A stretch of DNA of 64,000 nucleotides. Origin: the human T2T-CHM13v2.0 reference genome, Homo sapiens. Below are positions 45,328 to 60,387 of this stretch, piece by piece. Below the pieces are notes generated by a model that was not told the DNA's origin, searched no databases, and saw only the letters and a list, made by a program, of their open reading frames with translations. Position 1 is the first letter of the stretch. Every line of letters starts with the position of its first letter. The stretch lies in assembly GCF_009914755.1 (NCBI RefSeq), contig NC_060940.1. The stretch is one strand, 5' to 3'. The translations under genes were made by a program, and so were the position numbers.

Positions 45328-46574
45328 GAGCTTTGACTGGAACCCTCTCCTTCCAGCTTCCTACTCTTCTCCACTTACCTCCTTCATGCTCAGGTCATGC
45401 TTGGGCTAGAAGAAGTTCTAACAGAGCATTTACCATGTTAAATCCCTGCTTTCAAACATCAGATGACTGCCCACCACTAATAAAATTAAGTTCTAATTCA
45501 AACAGGAGATGCCATTGCAAGATGACACCAACCCATCTTTCTGGCTCTAGCCCCATTTCTAATGGACTAAGCACTGTCTTCCACATTCTTTTAAGTTTTT
45601 ATTTTATGGCTTGTCTCACCATTGCCAGTAATACCTGTCTTCTCTTCCCTTTCCTGACTATCAAAATCCATCTCATCCTTCCTGGCCCACTTTTGTCACC
45701 AATTTGGGGACATCATTGCTGAATCTCATGTCCAGAGTTAACCTCCTGCTTTTATTTTCAGTAGCATTAGTCTGACTGAGGAGTTCACGGTAAGGGGTAA
45801 GAACATCTTAGGCAGACTGGGAATGACTTGAAGTTGGTGACCTTACCTTGGTTAGCTCTGTGTCCCCAACTAACACAATGATCGGCCCCTGTGCACCAAG
45901 ACATTGATTTGTTGAAATAAATTGGATTGAAAGTTCTCAAGGGCACCAACAGGATTTTTAGCAATGTGTCCTGGACTTCCTAAGCCTCATCACTTCCATA
46001 AAAATGAGATCTGCAGCAGAGACCTTGGGAACTCATTAAGTATTAGGACATTCCTATGCTCAGACACAGGCATCCATGCCCTTCGTTAAGACTCTCACAG
46101 AATGGCACCATCAGCCCATGTTCTCCTCTCTTAACTCATTAATATTTGACTTCCCTTACTTTCAGATGTCTTGAATATTTTAATTACGGAATCTTATTAC
46201 ATGCTCAGGGATTTTAAAAGAAACAGACACAATTTTCATAAAAGTTTTATGAATCTGACTCAATGTGTGAATATATTTCAATCTAACAAGTATTAGCAGT
46301 AATTAAAATTTATGACACATTTACTTGGTGCCAAGCATTATCTCATTTAATCCTGACTACTGTCTTAATGAGGTTCAGAGAAGTTAAGTATTTGCCCAAG
46401 GTAGCATGAAGTCTGACTCAACCAACACACTTTGCCAATTTCCAAAGTTGACAGTTGTCTTAATTTTTTACTCATACCTAATACTTATGGAATGCTTACT
46501 ACATACAAGGCAATATGCTTGTTTTCAGAAATGCCAGAAAATCAATGCTACGCTCTTTCTCCAAAGGAGCCTGC

Positions 46575-46853
46575 AATCAATGACTGATGGGTGTAATGGA
46601 TATATACCCGGCTCCCACATCCCTGGGGTGGAATAACTCAAAGGCTGTGTTATACACTGATTACCAAAGTTGCCAAATGGAATTAAGCTCCAGTGAGGCA
46701 CCTGGACTACATACCCTTTAAGCTAACTTTCCTTCCCCAAATTACACCCTCACTCTCCACTGGTGTTCAATGAGCTCAACTCCCAAATAAAGCGCTTGTT
46801 TTGAATACAATTCTTGTCTCAAAATTTGTCCCTGGGGAAACCGAAACCAAAAT
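46575..46853 (+). mobile_element. LTR16-like ERVL LTR fragment
   Basis: ggaattaagctccagt..ctcccaaataaa..cttgtctca..ctggggaaacc. Confidence 0.7.
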
Positions 46854-46865
46854 AATACTTTCCAT

Positions 46866-47163
46866 CTGTGTCAGCAAACTTTTTCTATAGAGAACCAGAC
46901 AGTAAATATTTTTGGCTTTGTGGTCCAGACCATCTCTCTTGCAACCACTCCACTCCACCATTGCAGCACAAAAGCAGCTATAGACAATATGTAAAGGAAT
47001 GAGTGTGGCTGTGTTCCTATAAAAGTTTATTTCTGGCTGCTGAAATTTGAATTTCATATAATTTTCACATGTCGTGAAATATCGTTTTTCTTTTGATTTT
47101 TCTCAACCATTTAAAAATATAAAAGCCATTTTTAGCATTGGGCAATAATTTGCCGACAGCTGC
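46866..47163. mobile_element. MER58B-like element
   Basis: gtcagcaaactttttcta..tgaaatttgaatttcatataattttcac. Confidence 0.8.
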
Positions 47164-47453
47164 TTTACAATATTTTCTTGTAATCTTCCCATTAACCAAG
47201 AAACAACATGGTTTCCATTTTCCAGGTGAGGGAAACTGAAGTTGAGAAAGACAAAGTGGCTTTAAGATAACACACACCCGAGTCTCAACCAATAACGCTG
47301 GTCAGCAAGGGACCCCTGGGAGTGGTCTCCAGAACGCCCTTCTCAATATCTCATCACTTTGGAGAAGAAAAGGATGACTTTAGTTCCCAAGTTGGTACCT
47401 TCCTCTCTGCACATCTCAGCTCAGCCTGCTGACAGAGCAGCACGGTGACTCAA

Positions 47454-47543
47454 CGCTCGGTAGTGGCAGCAGCTACACACAGATGCCAGCCGAAAACGGC
47501 TCGCTGGTGCACACCTTGGTAACAGCTGCTCCTCCATTTTTTG
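47454..47543 (-). pseudogene. Pseudo-exon J
   Basis: Acceptor tgtgtggtttctcag|C; phase-compatible with exon I. Open: KKWRSSCYQGVHQRAVFGWHLCVAAATTE (cf. LAVASAFKE). Donor-like TTGAGT (GT lost). Confidence 0.55.
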
Positions 47544-48284
47544 CTGAGAAACCACACAGCATCACAGCAGGATAGGAGAGCTTGAGAAGATCCCAGGGAT
47601 GGCTGAGCAGCACCTTGTAGCCAGGATAGCTGGAGTAAGCCTCAGTTCACCTACCATCTGTTGGCAGGAGACCAGCCGCATTTTTCTACGGTGTTTTTGT
47701 ATATATTTAGATACACCTGTAAGTGTGATTAAGAAGACAGCACATTGCACACCCAGGAATAAACAGAATGTGGTTTGGGCAAACTCAAAGCTTGAAATAT
47801 GTGAGCCAAGTCCCATGCTTAGTCAATATAGCACAACTGAAGTTCTGCCTCCTGTCATCCAGTCTGTATAACAACCCAGTGGAGTGATGCCAGCTACAAT
47901 TTACATACTTTTTACCATGTGCCAGGTACTGGTCTAACACTTACAGCAGCTTATTTAATTCTCACAGCAATGCTACGTGGTAGGTCCTATTGGAAACACC
48001 ATTTGATAGGTGAGGAATAAGAGTAGCCAAGTAATTTGCCCAAGGTCACGCAGCCAGTGAGTGGTAGAGCTGGAATCTGACCCAAGTAGAGCAACTCTGG
48101 AGTCTATGGTTCTAAACATTCTCAGGCCGACTGGGAATGACTTGAAGTTGATGACCTTGCGTTGGTTAGCTCTGTGTTCCAAGCTAACACAATGATAGGC
48201 CCCTGTGCACCAAGACATTGGTAAACATTTTCAGTAAAGGGCAGAGAGTAAATATTTTAGGCTTTGCAGGCTACAAATGGGTCT

Positions 48285-49055
<771 letters not shown>

Positions 49056-49322
49056 TTTGTAAAATGCTTTGAACAATACCTATCATAGAGTAAGGAGCTT
49101 CCTCTCTGTAGGGGAACAAATATGCACCGGGAAATATGTATAAGAACTCACTAAAGGCTGTAAGTATATATAAAGCATGTCAATACAACTAAAGAAGGAA
49201 AACACCGAAAAACCGACCAGCATCAGAAAATAATGGTGGAATCATTCACAGCAAGGCCAGTTAGGAAGTTAGAGCATTAATCGGGAATAAAAATGATCAG
49301 CTGCCTTAAAAGTTAATATTCT

Positions 49323-49620
<298 letters not shown>

Positions 49621-49681
49621 GAATATGACAGCATCCGATGCCACCTCATGTGAGAAGGAGCTTCAGGGAGGAGTCTCCCAC

Positions 49682-49746
49682 CTAAGTAAGTGGTAAGAAG
49701 GATCTGCACAGTGATAGATTTTTACTGAGAAATCTTCAAGGTGACT
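49682..49746 (-). pseudogene. Pseudo-exon I
   Basis: Acceptor gttccttcctag|A; donor AG|GTGGGA. Open: SHLEDFSVKIYHCADPSYHLL (cf. ANKUB1 FFYATPSADFLL). Confidence 0.55.
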
Positions 49747-50181
49747 CTAGGAAGGAACTTCAGTTCTCAGGGAGGGAGCGTGACCATTCCACTAAGGTGT
49801 GCGTGAGAAAGGAGAGGGAGTCCTTCACTTTTTGCCAGTGGTGAAAAAACCCAGAGCCAACCCTAAAATTAGAAAATTAAAACTAAGGGAGTTCAAGCAG
49901 AACCATTTCCATCACACGCGGCAAGCATATGGACCATGCTGTCAAGTGAAGACCATCAAACTGAAAAGTGTAAATGAATCTGGGAGATTAGACGGATAAC
50001 TGGGGAACGGAGGGAAGTGTCTTTTGAAAGCCCAGATCATGGATCTGATTTGTCACCGACAGAAAGGCTGCCCTTCACTTCTGTCTAGACCTTTGAGACA
50101 AACACCTGCCTTAGGACATTTGGTATTGCCCCGGGAAACTTTCTACAAAAAAAAAAAAAAATACATCCTCTAGGATATTAC

Positions 50182-50487
50182 TCAGTAGAAAGCTCTTTTT
50201 GAAAGTGTCTGTAACAGTCTGTTGTGTGTTTTAATGAGTTGAAATGTGTGCCTGCCTTGGCTGGGATTTTAAAGAGATCCTTTCTGCCTGCTCCCTCTGG
50301 CTTCTACTAGCTCCTATTTGATTCTGCATATTCATAAAATGCTCGGCAAGGACACATCACGGTTCAAACAGGCATTCAGCTTTGACGACTTCAATAAGCC
50401 TGTTCTTCTCGACTCGGCAGTTAATTCACTGCGCTCATAAGACACTCCGACTGGGCATTTTGAGCTGCGAGTTGGCAGAGCAAGGTG
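50182..50487 (-). pseudogene. Pseudo-exon H
   Basis: Acceptor ccaccctttaaaatcag|C; first 51 codons open (HLALPTRSS..DVSLPSIL), CpG-rich, stops afterwards. Candidate donor GA|GTAATA. Confidence 0.45.
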
Positions 50488-51619
50488 CTGATTTTAAAGG
50501 GTGGTAAGGAACGGCCTTTTGTTGGGGGACCAGAGGAGAGGGGTTTGGTAGATGGATTGTGCCCACTTCTGATGAGCATGGAGACTATAAGCCTTCCCCC
50601 AACCCAGTCTGCAAAATAGTTTATGTTTTACTTTTCTTCTTCTTCTCCTTTTAGAAGTTCTATTAAGCAAGATGGCAGCTGTCAGTGCAAAAAAAAAAAA
50701 AAAAGAATGAATTACTTGCCAGTAATCTACTAAGACAAAGCTTCCCTCCTGGCTCTCAATATCATTTGCTTCTCTCCATCCCACTGTCACCATCTTACAA
50801 GGTCACTTTGACTTTTCAGTTGGTTTCTGGAGTTGGCCTCCTCTCTGGTCTCCTGGCCACCACTGTGGTCCATCTCTCTCCCTTCCATATGGCCAGAACA
50901 ACATTTCTAGAGCATAGAACTTTCATTTATGTTCTCTCATTTAGTCAATAAATAACATGTTGGGCATCCACTGAGTGCCAGGCCAGGTGCTGGGCTCCAG
51001 GGAGATAAAGGTAAGCAAGGCAGACAAAGCCCTTGGCCTCATGGAGCTCCTGGTCTAACGGAGGAGATCAGTTTGATGATACCACCACAGGAATAAATGT
51101 TCTACCAGTAGGGGGAGATACTGCTGTTGCCCCCATTTCACAAGAGAGGAAAATGAGGCTTGGTGTGGATAAGTGACAAGACAAAAATCACAGAGTAGGC
51201 AGTGGAACTGATTCAAACCCCAGTGGCCTGACATGAGAACCTTAACTAACGTGTTACACTGCTTCCCTCGATGTAGTGCAAGTTGGGAAGAGGAGATGGG
51301 TGAGGGCTTAGGAAGGGCATCATGTCAGGTTCATTTATTGGTGGTGGCTGTCACATCCAGGCTTGCAGAAAAGCCCATTTTGATTGATTAGTTGTGTCTT
51401 CTATGAGGGCAGGACAGAAAAGGGACAGTACACATGCTAGTTATGCTGTGTACTCACATGCTGGAGCAGCTGAGTATATACTACTCTGCATTCCTCCTTC
51501 AGCTCAGCTCTGGGAAGCAGAAGTGTGGGCTTCTCCATGGACTTTCCTGGGCCTTCTCTGGCTGCTCCAGGACTTCTGTGTTTACAGCTCATGTTCTAGA
51601 GTTCCCACTCCATTGTAGA

Positions 51620-52246
51620 TGTGATTAGAGAGAACAAAATAGATGCTCATTTATCAACTGACACCCTACGGTTAAAGAAACCAAGTTACCCACTATCACA
51701 GGTTCAGGGCCGGGCTGGCATGGCAAATATCTAAGTTCCTATGGCTGAACTCACTAACAATATGAGCTGTCAACCCCACTTACAACCCAGACCACTACAA
51801 CTCTGATTGGACAGAGGATGAGACTTACAAACATTCTTCTCTGATAAGATATTGCAGATGTCAAGCCAGTTTCAGCAACTTATACAGGCTATGCATAAGT
51901 TGTCTCTGTGCCCTATAGTTCGCCTTTTGACGTAAAGAGCCAAATTGCATCTCATTTTAATTCTAAAACTCAACCCCAAAGAGAGCATGGGATGTATGTT
52001 GCATAGATGTTTACGAATTACACCTGTGCACGGCTCCCTCACAAATAGGCATAGCTTTCACCCCATCTGCTGAATATGTATGATACAGGCCCAGTGAGGC
52101 ATAAAACCCAACCTCTCCTTCCCCTCTTCAAAGAGAGAGCACCTTCGGTCCATGCTGAAAACCCTCTCTTCCCAGCTTGCAAACTGATATCACCAATAAA
52201 GCTCTCCTTTCTACGATGTAGCCATCCTGGTGGTCTTTTTGACAAC
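51620..52246 (+). mobile_element. ERV1 LTR (MER39-like)
   Basis: ctctgattggacagagga..aataaagctctcctttctac..agccatcctggtggtcttt. Confidence 0.7.
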
Positions 52247-52575
52247 TTAGATAAAGTCAGAGATGCAGCTGAAACCCAGGTCAGCGAACTTCCCACACAT
52301 TCCTTTCACCAGGCTTTTCCATTAGCTGGTTGGCTTCACCCTCATTTCCACCAACAAAACTTCAACACAGGATCAGGAACTCAATGATCTCAGACCCCAT
52401 GACAAGCTTCGCACACGTGGAGGCTCCCCATTTTCAGAGACCCTTGCTACTTTGCCTATGCCCCTACAGAAACTTCATCTGCACTTGGAAAACCCAGGGC
52501 TGTCTCCCCTGTCTCTCTATTTCATACCATCTACCGGGCTAGCAGGGTCCAGAGCATCTCCGACTCTGCTAGTAG

Positions 52576-53254
<679 letters not shown>

Positions 53255-53283
53255 TTTCAGCAATTTTGACATGCCATCCACAC

Positions 53284-53571
53284 CCAAGAGAGCAGAGAGA
53301 AGTGGCTGATCCTTTCCACCATGCAGAAGTTCCTGAGCTTGCAGCTTTCTTGATGAAGCGTAAATATGCGTGCTCCTTTCTCTCCTGCTCTCTCCTCTGC
53401 TCCGATGCTTAGATTATGAAGAACACTTTTGATGACTGGAAATGCATTCAGCTTTGTCTGCTTTTTTTTAAAGGTAGACTTTAAACTTATCTCTCTGGGT
53501 CTAATTATCTTTAGAGACACTAATACTTCACCTCGTTTCTCTTTGTTTTTCAGGTTGAGAGCCATCCCTCT
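53284..53571 (-). pseudogene. Pseudo-exon G (96 codons, still open)
   Basis: Acceptor aattattgcag|A, 104 nt after the exon F donor. Lies within track ORF 53257-53601. Weak candidate donor TGG|GTGTGG. Confidence 0.5.
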
Positions 53572-53675
53572 CTGCAATAATTGAGCCACAATCCAGAACA
53601 CATGAGAATTGAGGGGGCCTTCACGGAATCCAGGGGCACTTTATATAATGAGTACAGAGAAGGCTGGGTTCTTAC

Positions 53676-53769
53676 CAAGATTTTCCAGACGCTTTAACGA
53701 CCTTCAGAGTCAGTTCAGTCTGGCTGATTTTCATTCTCTTTTCTCAACTTCTCTGTTCTGAGGACGACG
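53676..53769 (-). pseudogene. Pseudo-exon F
   Basis: Acceptor ctttgctttctatgtaatatag|C; donor TTG|GTAAGA; purine-rich 94 nt. Frame VVLRTEKL (cf. WILRAQ) has two stops. Confidence 0.65.
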
Positions 53770-53829
53770 CTATATTACATAGAAAGCAAAGATTGCTTCT
53801 TCTGCTTTGTTTTCCAAGGCAGCTGGAGT

Positions 53830-54075
53830 GGCAGTTTACAGCACAGACCCCAGAGCCAGACTTCTTAGGGTGTGAATCCTGGCTGCATCCGTTACTAACT
53901 ACATGACCTTGGGCAAGCTATGACACCTCTCTGGCTTCAGTTTCCTCATCTGTAATAAGGGATCAATAATAGTATCCCCAGTGAAACTATTATGAGGATG
54001 AAGGGAGTTGATATTTGTGCTTAGAGCAGGGCTGGCACATGGTAACCAGTACTTAAGTGTTTGTTAAATCAAATA
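53830..54075 (+). mobile_element. MIR
   Basis: tgaccttgggcaag..cagtttcctcatctgtaa. Confidence 0.85.
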
Positions 54076-54348
54076 CATATTTTGGTTTAAAATCTTTTCT
54101 CTGACATTCCCCCCGTCCTCCCATCCATCCCGACTAACAGCTGACTGTGTCTCAGCGTGGTACAATTGGAAGCAAGGACAGACAGACACTAGAGAGGCAG
54201 CTCCCATGGATCCAAGGGAGCTGGAAGTTCTTGCCACGTCACAAGGTCTAATGAAACCTTCAGGTTATTTCTTTTTCTTTCTGCTACCTTTTTTCCACAT
54301 AATGCCTTAAAAAGTTTTCATTAAATGTCAACATCTGAAAGGGGGGCT

Positions 54349-54544
54349 GTTTTTGTTTTTGTTTTTGTTTTTGTTTTTGTTTTTGTTTTTTTGAGATGGA
54401 GTCTTGCTCTGTCACCCAGGCTGGAATGCAGTGGTGCAATCTCAGCTCACTGAAACCTCCACCTCCCTTCCTGGGTTCAAGCGATTCTCCTTTCTCAGCC
54501 TCCCAAGCAGCTGAGATTACAGGCGTGACCCACCACGCCCAGCT
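54349..54544 (-). mobile_element. Alu right-arm monomer with (CAAAAA)n tail
   Basis: TSD gggggctgtttt. Confidence 0.9.
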
Positions 54545-55027
54545 GGGGGGCTGTTTTAAATACATGTATGGTTTTATGGCTTCACTTGAAAACCATCATA
54601 AGATCTGCCTCCCTGAGCCCATCTCCCTCCCTGCAGCCATCGATGAGTGATGGGGGCAGGTTCTCTCCTTCACCGGGCCCCGTCCCTGCCTGCATCAGTC
54701 ATTTACTTCACCTGTCTGGCTGTGATAGATACTTGAGGTCATCACCCTCATCCTATGTCCTGGGTCCAACTCTGTAAGACGGAGGAACCCAAACTTAAGA
54801 CCCACATATATGGGGATCTAGCCAGGTGACCTCCTGTTCCTAGCCTCGGCATCTTCATTGGTTCAGTGAGGAGTAGGCTAGACATGACATCTTGAATCTC
54901 TCTTTCTAAGGAGAACTTGGATTCTTCAGAGTGGGCTTGGAGACCACAGCAGGAAATCCTAGTGAGGCCAAGAGAGCACGACTGAGATTACCTCCAGCCC
55001 ACTCACTCCAAGAACATCCATTCTTAC

Positions 55028-55106
55028 CTGTGTTACAGATTGGGGTCCCACATAAGATTTCATTTGGAAAACAAGTTCTAGTGCTATTCTTTTAATTCAC
55101 TTTCAC
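55028..55106 (-). pseudogene. Pseudo-exon E
   Basis: Strong donor CAG|GTAAGA; weaker acceptor catgttacag|G. One frame has MKSYV (cf. ANKUB1 MRIYI); stops in all three frames. Confidence 0.5.
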
Positions 55107-55404
55107 CTGTAACATGCTGTGCTTCAGACCATTATCATCTTGAGAAAAAAACTCTACTTGGAGGCTACATTTGATTCCCAGGGCTACAATAACAGCCCCA
55201 ACCCTAACCCTAATCCCAACCCAAATCCTATTTCCAAATAGTCACATTTTGAGGTTCTGAGAGGGCATATATTTGGGGGGTCATTAGTCAACCCACAACA
55301 GAGGCTAACATTAGGTAACCCAAATGAAATATTAATTTTCTTTCATTACGAGCATCTAAGCGTCCTACAATCTTTCACGAATCATTTGCTGATCACTTAT
55401 GACA

Positions 55405-55848
55405 TCAGTCCCAAACCTTTTTGGCACCAGGAACTGGTTTCATGGAAGACAATTTTTCCACGAATGGTGTGTGGGGATGGTTTTGGGATGATTCAAGCAC
55501 ATTACATTTATTATGCACTTTATTTCTATTATTATTACATTGTAATATATAATGAAATAATTATACAGCTCACCATAGTGTAGAAGCCCTGAGGAGCCCT
55601 GAGCTTGTTTTCCTGCAACTAGATGGTCCCATCTGGGGTGATGGGAGACAGTGATAGATCATCAGGCATTAGATTCTCTTAAGGAAGGCGCAGCCCAGAT
55701 TCCTTGCATGTGTCATTCACAATAGTGTTCACACTCCAATGAGAATCTAATGCTGTCACTGATCTGACTGGAGGCAGAGCTCAGGCAGTAATGCGAGTGA
55801 TGGGGAGTGGCTGGTATTGGTCCATGGCCCAGAGGTTGGAGACCCTTG
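55405..55848. mobile_element. MER1A-like hAT-Charlie element
   Basis: aacctttttggcaccaggaactggtttcatggaagacaatttttccac..ggttggagaccc. Confidence 0.9.
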
Positions 55849-56243
55849 ACTTACTATAAATCAGATCGCAAGTTTGGGATATAAATAAGGCACAGTCTTC
55901 AAAGACTTTACAACCTTGCAGGTAAGTTACGTATTCTCAGGACTGATTTCAAACTAAACGCACCATATTTCTGTGTTATGTGGTTGCATTTTGGGAAAAT
56001 ACAATAAGAATTTGTCAGCTCCCCCTGCTTGTAGAAACACTCTTTATAGAGAAAATAAATGAATCTTAAGATATATGGACTTTTTTTAAAGGTAAAGGAG
56101 TAATTGGTGTATCAGCAATACAAGATAAGAATTGGCAAGGACCATTGGGTATGACCTTCCCATCCTCTTATTTTCTGTACAAAGTCCAGGGAGGAACAGG
56201 GTATTCAGTTGCATCTCCATGCACTGCTGGTTTCCCATCTCAC

Positions 56244-56349
56244 CTGGGAAAGATGCAGCAGCTATAGTTTTGCACATTCAAGGACTCAGAATGAATTCAT
56301 GTAGTAAAATAAGCAACTTAGAATGTAAAAAAAAAAGCATCTTAAAAAC
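56244..56349 (-). pseudogene. Pseudo-exon D
   Basis: Strong acceptor tattcttcatatcttacag|G; donor CAG|GTGAGA. Reads VFKMLFFLHSKL..*..SFP vs ANKUB1 VFK..CVLYLLSKM..SFP. Confidence 0.7.
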
Positions 56350-57189
56350 CTGTAAGATATGAAGAATAGAGTTTCTGCTGTCATAAGAGGAAAATTCTCC
56401 AAACTGGCTGTGTAGAGAAAACATGCTCTAATTACCTGGTAGAAATGCAATGTATTAATACACGGTTCAGTCTTTTCTGGGAACTTAGGCCTAGACGTGT
56501 TACATACAAACCATGAAAACATTTTTGTTCCCTCTGAGATGGCTCCCGGAGTGGGTCTGCAGGTGCCAAAAAAGATCCTGTCATGTGATAGATTTTCTCT
56601 TAGAAGAAAGCACTGTCAGGAAAAGACGGGAGAAGACCTGGGGGAGAAGCCAACCAGCCTCCCACTCAGAGAAGTCACCAACACTCCCTCTGGCCTCCAT
56701 GAAAATCTATTCTAGCCTGGACAGGTGATGAACCAGCATAGTCAACAAAGATTTCTGGGGAAGCATGTGTTGAACAGTGCATTCGATCACTTATTTTAAT
56801 ATTTCTCAACTCCAGGTCAGGAAGCATGTTTTGCAACCAAACTTTGGCTTCCATTCTTCAAGGCCTCCTGGTCAACCTTAGATAATATTAAAGAGTCTCT
56901 GCACATAAACTCCCTAATACAGTCTTAGCTCCCAGGTCTTTGCAAACAGTAATGATAATAACAGCAGTTCAGTGCTAGGAGCTCTGTGCTCATTACAATA
57001 ACCCTATGAGGTAGGTTCTCTTATTATCCCCATTTATAGATGCAGACACTGCAGCATGGAATGTATTGTAAGGACTTTTTCAATGACAGGTGAGAGAGAA
57101 CTGACTCAATTAAAGAAATGTGTTGGTTCATGAAAGCAGGAAATTAAATTCTACAGTCATCCACAAGATGCGTGTATAATAAGAGAAAG

Positions 57190-57782
57190 GCAGTGAGTCC
57201 AGCCCTAATCCTGAAACTCTAATTTCCATAGCCCTTCCTTCCATCTTGTGGAAGCCAGTTGTAGAAAGAATCCTTACAGCAAAGCGATGGGATGTACGTG
57301 ACCTCATGTGCATGATTACATGTGAATGATTTTGTTACGGGAGATTATAATGCTCATCTTGCAAGGAGATTTGCTCTCTTTTGCAGGCTTGATGATGTGA
57401 GAGATCATGTTGGGGAAAATCCACATGGAAAAAAAGAACTGCCCCCATTCTAAATGGTAGGAGAAGGGTGGCCTCTGAGAACTGTAGGAAGGTTCTAGGG
57501 GCTGACAGCATCCTCTAGTCTACAGCCAGAACAAAACTACTTCCTGAAGTGCTATAACTGTAAGGAAATCAATTTTGTTAACAATCTTAGTGAGTTTGGA
57601 AGCAGATTCTTCCCCAGTTGAATGTCAGATGAGACCACAGCCCTGACCATTGCCTTGATTGTGGCAGAGGACCCAGTTAAGCCATATCCAGACTCCTGAC
57701 TTACAAAAACTGTGAGTTAATAAGTGTGTTTGTTCTAAGCCCCATGAAGTTATAGTAACTTGTTATGCAGCAACAGATAACA
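57190..57782 (+). mobile_element. MLT1E/F-like LTR
   Basis: gtttggaagcagattcttccccagttga..aacttgttatgcagcaacagataac. Confidence 0.8.
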
Positions 57783-59115
57783 GAGCCAGTGAGCAGAAGT
57801 CCTTTCCCGAGTGTCTCCACATCTGCAGCTGGACAGATTTTGCTAGTCAGGAGAAGCAACCTGGCTTTTCTATACTCAGCAACTGTATAAATTTCACCAG
57901 AAAATACAATGTTAACATGGGCTGTATTTTGGCAAATCCTCCTTTGCCTCTAGGATTCTAAACAACTGGGTCTATTACCACCCTTCAGCAATGTGCAAAT
58001 GTGACTAAATGAAAAAAAAAAACCCTGAGATTTATTTGACCTTCCTTTCCTGCCAATTGCTCAATGAGAGCACTTGAAAAAGTATATTAATGTATTAGAA
58101 GACAGTTCACACATACATATACAGTCCATATCCTAGTCCATTAGAAAAATTCAATTCCATAAAATATGCTAAAATAAAACTCACTGGCTTCATCCAAAAG
58201 CACTCTCAAATAGAAGTAGGGGATGATTATAAAAGTAATTATATACCTCAAAAGTTGGCACAAACATCAACTAAAGGAACATTTTTCCCTTTAAAATATG
58301 AATACAAACAGCAAACATTAAAATTTTCAATTGAAATAAATTCAAATGAAGTGATTTTATGCCTATTTAAATCAGAAATAAAATAAGAAAAGTTATAAGA
58401 ATCAAGTATCAATGAGTGTGTGAAGAAACAGGCACACTTATTTATTATGACTTGGCACTCTACATTTGAAGGAAAATAATTTGGAAAATATACGTATTTC
58501 ATTAGCCATAAAAAATTCATTTACATTGACCTTCCTGGGACTTTGACCCAAGAAAAAATAAAATATCAATAGTTGTAAATGGGCAAAGATGTTTATTGTA
58601 ATATCCTATAACATGGGAAAAGCACTTGAGAAAATTGCACGAAGGAGGATGGGGAAGAAGAGAAGTCTACTGGAGAAAAAAACTGAGAGGTTAAGAGAAC
58701 ATGGGGAAAATCAGGAAGCTTGGATCTAAAGCAGAATGAGAAGATATTCTAGAATCAAGAGAACCCCAGCCAAATGCATGTAGAAAGGCTGACTACATTT
58801 TTTAAAACTCCAACATTTATAGACATATAGCGATACTCTACTCTGCATGTCTAGTTCCACCCTATAAAGCTGACAATATTTAGGCCTAGAGCTACAATTT
58901 CCACTATGTTTGGCAAGCCAATATTATATTTGAGTGTTTTGATGGTATCTTCTTTGTGCATTGTTCTGAATTTTCTGTTTGTTTTCATTCTCGCCCACCC
59001 CACAACAAGCTCTTTTTCACCCAACTATCACCTTGGTAGATATAAGGAAGTATTGCCAAGACAAAGAATTTCCTAGTAAGAGTACTGAGGATGCCCTGCT
59101 GAAGAGTTAAGTTAT

Positions 59116-59119
<4 letters not shown>

Positions 59120-59165
<46 letters not shown>

Positions 59166-59171
59166 TTCTCT
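59120..59171. repeat. (CT)n microsatellite
   Basis: Direct reading. Confidence 0.97.
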
Positions 59172-59286
59172 CCCCCTCCCCAACGCCCTACTTTCTACTC
59201 TAGAGTTTTAAAAAAGCTACCTCAGTTACCCTTGGGAAGATAAATCACAACTGAAGCACAAATGTCATATTAAAAACCTTTAGAAA

Positions 59287-59507
59287 CGGGTTTCCCAACT
59301 TCAGCACTATTGACATTTGGAATGGACAACTCTTTGTTGTAAAGTGGTCCTGTCCGTTGTAGAACATTTACAATATCTCTGACTTCTACTGATGATATGT
59401 CAGTAGCAAACACTGCCCTCTCTCTGAGGAGTTATGACAGCCAAAATGTCTCCAGACATGGCCAAAAGTTCCCAGGAGGGCAAAACTGGCCAATTGAGAA
59501 CTACTGT
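59287..59507. mobile_element. MER20
   Basis: cagcactattgacatttgg..aaatgtctccagacatggccaaa. Confidence 0.85.
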
Positions 59508-59670
59508 TGTAGAAGTGATCAAGGTCTAATGTTGGAGAAGAAAAGGTATTGATTGAAGTAGGGCAACGTTGGAGAAAGAATGTCTAACATTGCAGAAAGA
59601 AGGTTATTGAGAAAGAAGAGTATCAATATCCTTTGATTTTGAGAGGTTTTAAGAGGAAAAACTGCCTCAC

Positions 59671-59985
59671 CCCGGCAATACACACCCAGGGTGTATAGAT
59701 CCCCAGGGAAAACATGGGAGACAACGGTCCCAAGTCTGAAAAGGACAAATGCTCAAATCACCTGTGCCATCCATTCCCGCCGCAGTTGTGTTTGGGACCA
59801 AATGTACTGAACATTAAGTCGCAATGTCCTCAGCCAAGTATGGCACCAGCAGATCATGGAAGGAAGATGCTCCACGTGGACCAGGCTTGGCCGTTGGACT
59901 GCAGCCCAGTGTTCCACAGTGACAGCATTGTGGTGGTGAGAGGCAATGGCAACAACCAACTGCCATCACCTCAAGTTCTCTCTGC
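59671..59985 (-). pseudogene. Pseudo-exon C (ankyrin-repeat region)
   Basis: Acceptor ttatccattcag|G; donor GGG|GTGAGG. Reads WQLVVAIAS..EHWAAVQ..WCH / EDIAT*CSVH / VI*AFVLF / TPWVCIA vs ANKUB1 YQKRVALYIAA..EWALKQ..WCH..ADVSKCPIH..ILKAFVNY..TPLTIV. Confidence 0.75.
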
Positions 59986-60387
59986 CTGAATGGATAAGCT
60001 TATGCATAAGCCTCTAATTTTCTTGGCCAATTCATGGGGTGTGGGGTGGAGCCCCTAAAGTAGATACTGAGTTTCATGCAAATATGTCATGTGGGAACTC
60101 CCACATGTTCTTATTTTAAGGAAAAAATAAAACAATATAGCCACAGTTGTACTCTACAGTTGTGACAAATTTCATCCCCATTTCTATACATTTTGGAGTG
60201 AATTGGACAGTGCTGCATAGTACAGGTATAAGAGAAAAAGCCCTATCTTCTTGAAGTCTTGAGCCCCAGCTCTGCCTCTTACTAGCTATGGGTTCTTGGA
60301 GGAATTACTTTACCTCTCAGGGTCTCAGTGTCCTCTAGAGGGGGCTCATGACCTCTGAGGTCCTTCCTAAATTCCCTGTATTCACAC

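Noticed and set aside
53676-53769. Reading exon F as RRPQNREVEKRE*KSARLN*L*RSLKRLENL with three CGA>TGA stops
   Set aside because: That frame puts exon G in a stop-rich frame; the VVLRTEKL frame fits both phase and homology better. Not fully excluded.
59756-59762. Donor CAG|GTGATT as the end of exon C
   Set aside because: Homology (VI*AFV, TPW) continues past it to the GTGAGG donor at 59670.
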